Positions 18,801 to 24,000 of a DNA stretch of 24,000 nt are shown here, in pieces. The position numbers were made by a program, and so were the translations under genes. The notes under the pieces are model-generated. The model was not told the DNA's origin, ran no database searches, and was given only the letters and a program-made list of their open reading frames with translations. The first letter of the stretch is position 1. Each line of letters begins with the position of its first letter. This DNA comes from Desulfatiglandales bacterium (lineage in GTDB: Bacteria; Desulfobacterota; DSM-4660; Desulfatiglandales; Desulfatiglandaceae): the NCBI GenBank assembly GCA_963662465.1, contig OY759599.1:786946-810945 (forward strand), given 5' to 3'.

Positions 18801-20592
18801 GGCGTGTGAACTGAAGAAATTCCGCGCGCTTCGGCGATTTGGCGACACAAGGCAGAACATCCAGTTCCCCGGCTTTCACGGCATCCATGACGCCATGCCA
18901 ACTCAAACTCTTCACCGGCGTCATCTCCACATTCAGTTTCTCACTCATGAGGAACACGTAGCTGGAGGAAATCCCTTCGTACTCCCCTCCGGCACTGACG
19001 CCCTCAAAAGGCATGAAATTGGGATCCACGCCCAGGCGGATATGAGGATGTTTTTTGAGCCACTCCTTTTCCTCGAAGGTCAGCACCATGGGGCGGGCTT
19101 TTCCGGAATACTGGCGCAAGTCGGGATTTGAAACCCAGCGCCCTTCGACATCCCGTATTTCCTTTTCCGTAATTTCGTCAAAACCACTGTTTATGGATTT
19201 AAGTCGGAACCCATCTTCCTTTAAAACAGCGGCAAAAAGATTTCGAATCGGGGTGGTTTCCCTGGAAACCCGAATCTCCCCCTGCAATCCCATGTCTTCA
19301 ATAGCCCGCTGCAATGTAATCCCAACATCATATATGGCGATGACATCACCGTCCTGCAGGCCGGTAAGGAGTTCTGGGTATCCCTCATAAGGGATGCGAA
19401 CAATTTCCGGATACTGCTCACGAAGCTGACTCTCCTCCCCCGACCCGGCAATCACACCGACGCGAGCGCCGGAGAGTTCAGCAAGCATCATGGGTTTCCT
19501 GCTTGTTTTAAAGGCCAGGCTGTCCTGCACGTCAAAGATGGGGACTGAGAAGGAAAGAAACGTTTCGCGTTTCGGGGTTTTGTACAGACCCGAGTGAAAA
19601 TCGGCTCTTCCATCTTTGACCATCTGAAGTGTTTCTTCCCAGTCTCCGAAAACAAACTCGATTTTACGAAAGTTCTTTGAGGACCACAAACGCCAGAGAT
19701 CCACCAGGATTCCCGCAGCCTTGCCCGAAGGGGTCAGCATGGTAAAGGGCGGGTAGTACCGATCGCAGGCAATGGTTAATACCCCTTTGGGTTTGATTAT
19801 TTTTGAACCGATCCAGCGCCGTTCGATCTGCACCTTTTCTTCCGGGGAGATCTTGTCAAAACATGACTTTATGACAGGCGGCAAAACCGTATCGCCTTTT
19901 TTTACCGCGGCCTGAAAGGCATTGGTATAAAGAGGCTTGTCCGAAAAATAACGAAAGTTTGAAAGGAGTTGTATTTTCTTGAGGAAGTAAAGGCCGACGG
20001 GGGTATCTATGACGAATACCCGGATTTCCCCCTTTTTAACGGCCTTGAACAGATCTCCATTGTTGACATATTCGGCGAGAGCGGCCCCGGGCAGATTAGT
20101 GCGCAGATAGTCCACTGCAAAATCTCCCTTGATGACGCCGATGCGAAACCCCAGCAGATCTTTCAGGGTTTTAATGCCATAAATGTCTTTGTGGAAAAAG
20201 AAATGGGTATCCGCTTTGATGAGGGGGGCAACATAGTCCAGGTAGGTTGCTCTTTGCTCCGAATAGAAACAGCCGCCCTGAACGTCCACTTTCCCCTCTT
20301 TGGTGAGCTTCAGGGTTTCACCAAAAGGCGCCAGGACGAAGTTGATCTTGATACCGCTTTTTTGGGACCACAACTGCCAGAGATCCACCAGCCACCCGTC
20401 AGCGACCCCTTTCGCGTCTCGGAAATAGAACGGGGCAGTGTCCTGTGCCACCGCCACAGTGATTTCTTTGATATCTTGAGAGCCTTCCTTTGCCGCAGCC
20501 ACAATCGGCATGCCTAAAACAGTCAGAAAAAATCCCAGACAAAACAACCAGGACCCGAAAACTCCGGCAATGCTCCTTTTAAAACACGGCAT
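15826..20592 (-). CDS. Giant transmembrane receptor: 3 periplasmic SBP_bac_3-like domains, TM, about 6 PAS domains, C-terminal coiled coil, no kinase domain
   Basis: SBP-like repeats start near [33 protein letters not shown] and [44 protein letters not shown]; several PAS starts (e.g. [55 protein letters not shown]). Ends [39 protein letters not shown]. ATG 20592 has AAGGGG upstream and begins a signal peptide. Confidence 0.9.
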   Translation of the reverse strand: [1588 protein letters not shown]

Positions 20593-20675
20593 TTGCGTTA
20601 CCCCTTGTAATTTCAATGTTTTTTTCTAAATATCCTCTGGGAAACATGAACTTTAAAACATTCTCATTCCCCTGT

Positions 20676-23468
20676 TTATTCCTTTAATTTTTTCTGAAGA
20701 CCTTCCACCAGGGGCAGAGCCTCTTTAAATTTGTATTTGTTGATGAACCTTTCCAGATCTGCCATCTCCACGCCTACCGCCGCCGGCCAGGGCACCTTTT
20801 TGATCTCCGCCATGGCCTCCTTGCACGGTTTCGGCTTACGGGTTTTCAGATGGGGAATCAATTCTTCCAGGGCGGCTGCAAGCGCTTCAGGATCGACTTC
20901 CCCCCCAGCCTTTTGGGCCATATCGGCCGGTTTGGGTTCCTCGCCCAAAACCCCGAGCGCTGCCACAACATCTTTCAACACACCTCCGAAAGCGGAAATC
21001 CGTTCATCATCGGTATCGGAAAGCCCTGCTTTGATGGCGGACTCCAGCGCCGCTGCCGCCGCCTGTAACGGCCCCGCCCCCACGTTGCCGGCCACCCCTT
21101 TGATGCTGTGGGCCAGACGTTCCGCTGCTTCCCCTTTTTCGGCCTTCAGCAGATCTTTGAGTTCCTGTTCGGTATCGGCATAGTCATCCCGAAGCTTTAT
21201 GAGCAGTTTGCGGTAAAGCTTTTTATTTCCGCCCACGCGCATAACCCCTTCCTTGATATTGATGCCGTTTACGACATCCGGAAGATGATCTTCAGCCACG
21301 GCGGCGGAAGGTTCAACAGCCGGTAAAGGGATATCAGTCCTGGGTTCGAATCCCCGCACACCCGGTTTGATCCACTGGGCCAGGCAGGAGAACAGCTGGT
21401 TCAGATCGATGGGTTTGGCTACGTGGTCGTTCATGCCGGCATCAACCGCCTTTTCACGGTCTCCCGCCATGGCGTTGGCCGTCATGGCGATGATGGGAAT
21501 GGGGATTGCGGATTGCGGATTGCGGATTTTCTCTTCCCCTTCCCATTTGCGGATTTCGCCGGTAGCCGTGTACCCGTCCATGACCGGCATCTGAATATCC
21601 ATTAAGACCGCATGGTAGTTGTTGTCCGCCTGCACCGCTTCCAAAGCTTGCTTTCCGTTACTAACGGTAGTGACCCTGAGGCCTGACCCACCAAGAATTT
21701 CCTCGGCCACCTGCTGGTTGATTTCGTTGTCTTCCGCCAGCAGCACGTGGGCGCCTCTGATTTTTTCCGCTCCTTCCGGTTCACTCGAATGTTTCCTGCC
21801 GCGTCTTTTGGAAGCATCCAGTTTGCCAAAGGCGGCCATGGTGGCGTCCAGCAGCGTCGAAGGGGTGAGCGGTTTGATGAGGAAACCGTCCAGTCCCATT
21901 TGATCGGCCCGGGTCATGATCTCTTCCCGGCCAAAGGCGGTCACCATGATGATTTTGGGAATCTTGGCAAGGCCTGCATGGTTCCTGATTTTTTCAGACA
22001 CCGTAAACCCGTCCATTCCGGGCATTTTCCAATCCATAAGCACCAGTTCAAAGGGATCTTCCTTATCTGCTTTTTCCAGTTCCCTGAGCCCTTCTTCCCC
22101 ACCGGGGACAAGGGTCGCTCTAAAGGACATGGCAGCCAGCATTCCTTCCAGAATGTCGCGGCTGGTTTGGTTGTCGTCCACCACCAGCACTTTGAGGTTC
22201 CTGAGATCCGGGTCGGGCACGAGAGCGGGCTTTTCATCCCCTTTTCCAAGGCCGAAAAGAGCGGTGAAGATGAATTCGCTGCCCACTCCGGGTTCGCTTT
22301 CCACCCAGATCTCTCCCCCCATCATCTCCACCAGCCGCTTGCTGATGGTGAGCCCCAGACCGGTTCCGCCGTATTTCCGGGTGGTGGAGGCATCGGCCTG
22401 GCTGAAGGCCTGAAACAGTTTGCCCCGCTGTTCCTCGGTAAGTCCTATCCCCGTATCCCGGACGCCGAACCGCACCCTTACCTGATCTGGGGGCATCTGA
22501 TCCTTGGTTTTCTCCTCCAGGGTGGCGGAGATGACGATCTCTCCTTTTTCCGTGAATTTGACGGCATTGTTACTGAGGTTCACCAGCACCTGGCCCAGGC
22601 GAAGGGGGTCCCCAAGAAGGTTATTGGGGAGTTTCCGGTCCACCTTCAACAGCAGTTGCAGTTCCTTTTCCTGGGACTTCACACCCACCAGGTTGGCCAC
22701 ATTGTCCAGGGCATCATCCAGCTTGAAATTGATGGTTTCCATGTCCATCTTGCCCGCTTCGATCTTGCTGAAATCTAAGATGTCGTTGATGATGCCCAAG
22801 AGCGCCTTGGCGCTGGACTGTATTTTCACCAGGTAGTCTTGCTGCTTGGGGTTCAACTCCGTTTTTAGGGCCAGGTGGCTCATGCCGATGACGGCGTTCA
22901 TGGGGGTCCGGATCTCGTGGCTCATGTTGGCCAGAAAATCGCTTTTGGCCTTGGTGGCCTCTTCGGCTTTCTGTTTCTCCTCGTCCAGGTCCTGCATCAT
23001 GTTCAGCATGGCACGCCTCGCATCCGCCAACTTTTCAATCTGAGCCTGCATGGAATCCTCGGACTCCCTGCTTTTGGCGAAAGCGGCTTCCAACTGCTCG
23101 GCCATACTGTTAAAGGCCTCTGAAAAATCCCCCATGAAATCGACCTTGTGACTGAAATCCCCTTTGGCGATCTGCTGAGTGGTCCAGGTCAGGTGGCGCA
23201 GACTTCCCTGGAGGTTTTTCAGGTTACCCATCAGGGCGCTGTTGCTTCGAGGCGGTTGGTATTCGACATCGCCGCCGGACAGTGCCTGGGCCAGATCGGC
23301 AGTGGCGGCGTAATCCGTGAGGAATTTGTTGATGTAGCCAACCGCCTGCCGAATCTCGTTGTCAGGAAAATCGTCGGGCAAAAGGATAGGGCCGGGCTTC
23401 TTACCTTTCATGATCAGATAGAAGACCTCACTGATCTTGTCAATGATCTCTTCCTTGACTTCCAGCAT
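20676..23468 (-). CDS. Soluble hybrid histidine kinase HK2: HAMP-like/coiled-coil, HisKA-HATPase_c-REC-REC-HPt plus C-terminal extension
   Basis: [48 protein letters not shown], two receivers, [17 protein letters not shown]. Start ATG 23468 with GAGGG upstream. No TM segment seen. Confidence 0.94.
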   Translation of the reverse strand: MLEVKEEIIDKISEVFYLIMKGKKPGPILLPDDFPDNEIRQAVGYINKFLTDYAATADLAQALSGGDVEYQPPRSNSALMGNLKNLQGSLRHLTWTTQQIAKGDFSHKVDFMGDFSEAFNSMAEQLEAAFAKSRESEDSMQAQIEKLADARRAMLNMMQDLDEEKQKAEEATKAKSDFLANMSHEIRTPMNAVIGMSHLALKTELNPKQQDYLVKIQSSAKALLGIINDILDFSKIEAGKMDMETINFKLDDALDNVANLVGVKSQEKELQLLLKVDRKLPNNLLGDPLRLGQVLVNLSNNAVKFTEKGEIVISATLEEKTKDQMPPDQVRVRFGVRDTGIGLTEEQRGKLFQAFSQADASTTRKYGGTGLGLTISKRLVEMMGGEIWVESEPGVGSEFIFTALFGLGKGDEKPALVPDPDLRNLKVLVVDDNQTSRDILEGMLAAMSFRATLVPGGEEGLRELEKADKEDPFELVLMDWKMPGMDGFTVSEKIRNHAGLAKIPKIIMVTAFGREEIMTRADQMGLDGFLIKPLTPSTLLDATMAAFGKLDASKRRGRKHSSEPEGAEKIRGAHVLLAEDNEINQQVAEEILGGSGLRVTTVSNGKQALEAVQADNNYHAVLMDIQMPVMDGYTATGEIRKWEGEEKIRNPQSAIPIPIIAMTANAMAGDREKAVDAGMNDHVAKPIDLNQLFSCLAQWIKPGVRGFEPRTDIPLPAVEPSAAVAEDHLPDVVNGINIKEGVMRVGGNKKLYRKLLIKLRDDYADTEQELKDLLKAEKGEAAERLAHSIKGVAGNVGAGPLQAAAAALESAIKAGLSDTDDERISAFGGVLKDVVAALGVLGEEPKPADMAQKAGGEVDPEALAAALEELIPHLKTRKPKPCKEAMAEIKKVPWPAAVGVEMADLERFINKYKFKEALPLVEGLQKKLKE
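21503..21528 (-). repeat. Intragenic 7-bp tandem repeat (ggattgc x3 plus partial) within HK2 receiver 2
   Basis: ggattgcggattgcggattgcggatt read on the + strand. Absent from the paralogous HK1 position ([22 protein letters not shown] vs [31 protein letters not shown]). Confidence 0.85.
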
Positions 23469-23472
23469 GTAT

Positions 23473-24000
23473 TTATGCCCTCGGCTTGATGTCAAAACGG
23501 CAGACGCGGTCACCGGTGCACCAGCAGTCGATCTCCTTCACATCAAACTCTTTGCCCGTAAATTCCAGGAACAGGCCGTTGATAAACCCCTCATCGTAAG
23601 TACAGATGCTTTCATCAGTGATGGGCAGCCCGGAACAATCCAGATCCTCCGCCACCGTCAGGATAAAGTGCATGTTCTCCATGTCGGCTTTTTCAACGCG
23701 CAGAATACCGATGCTCAAATCGGACAACAGCCTTTGTACCTCTTCAACAAATGCATTGAAGTCAGACTTCTGCGTCACCAGATTCTTGAAAAACTGGCGG
23801 CCCGCGGACTGCCCGGCTTCGTAATAAATGCGGTCGGCGGCCTCGGGGCCATAATGCTTGATCAGTACGTCGCGCAGGGTAAATTGCATGAGGCGGTAGA
23901 CCGCCACGCTCATGGTGTTCCCCAGGTTGGGCCGACCTTCGGCGATATCGCCCAGCATACTCCAATCAAATTGCAGTTCATCCCGCTCTTCCTTAAACAT
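23473..24000 (-). CDS. V4R (4-vinyl-reductase-like) domain protein; start at the window edge, possibly 5' truncated
   Basis: [32 protein letters not shown]... and C-terminal [25 protein letters not shown], the Cys-containing V4R signature. TAA 4 nt upstream of the HK2 ATG. Confidence 0.8.
   Translation of the reverse strand: MFKEERDELQFDWSMLGDIAEGRPNLGNTMSVAVYRLMQFTLRDVLIKHYGPEAADRIYYEAGQSAGRQFFKNLVTQKSDFNAFVEEVQRLLSDLSIGILRVEKADMENMHFILTVAEDLDCSGLPITDESICTYDEGFINGLFLEFTGKEFDVKEIDCWCTGDRVCRFDIKPRA

Noticed and set aside
20615-20662. Inverted repeat aatgtttt...aaaacatt between HK2 and the giant receptor
   Set aside because: 8-bp A/T-rich arms separated by a 32-nt loop; expected by chance often enough that I do not call an operator or terminator.
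21747-22778. Long (343 aa) plus-strand ORF antisense to HK2
   Set aside because: The opposite strand encodes unmistakable HisKA/HATPase/REC motifs; high G+C gives spurious antisense ORFs. Other antisense ORFs (8363-9166, 13945-14538, 16702-17565, 18601-19131, 1900-2541, 3226-3792) were rejected for the same reason.
1-24000. CRISPR arrays, tRNA/rRNA genes, IS elements or transposases
   Set aside because: I saw no regularly spaced direct repeats, cloverleaf-like tRNA, rRNA-like sequence or transposase motifs. A Rfam/tRNAscan run would be needed to exclude small RNAs.

Overview
The left edge holds the end of a BREX-type phage-defence cluster: a PglZ ORF that runs off the window, overlapping brxL by one base. 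A short accessory stretch follows (about 3.8-8.3 kb). It contains a truncated membrane-domain remnant, an AbiEii-like nucleotidyltransferase with a small overlapping partner ORF, a TPR protein with an N-terminal Cys cluster, a periplasmic-type L-asparaginase, and an AbrB-like/RelE-ParE-like toxin-antitoxin pair. From 8.3 kb to the right edge, all credible genes are on the minus strand in one tightly packed array. In transcription order they are: V4R-domain protein, soluble hybrid histidine kinase (HK2), a ~1590-aa receptor (3 SBP_bac_3-like domains, TM, about 6 PAS domains, no kinase domain), RsbR-like, RsbS-like, RsbT-like, RsbX-like phosphatase, hybrid histidine kinase HK1 (N-terminal degenerate RsbT-like domain), a response regulator with a degenerate HD-GYP domain, and a response regulator with an intact HD-GYP domain. 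The most interesting candidate is this stressosome/phosphorelay/c-di-GMP array. It shows gene-tail duplication scars, an RsbS with Ala at the canonical phospho-Ser position, and a pseudo-HD-GYP next to an active-looking one. The stressosome-plus-two-component arrangement has precedent in Gram-negatives such as Vibrio, so only the particular architecture is potentially new. All family assignments are from motif recognition by eye; no database search was run.
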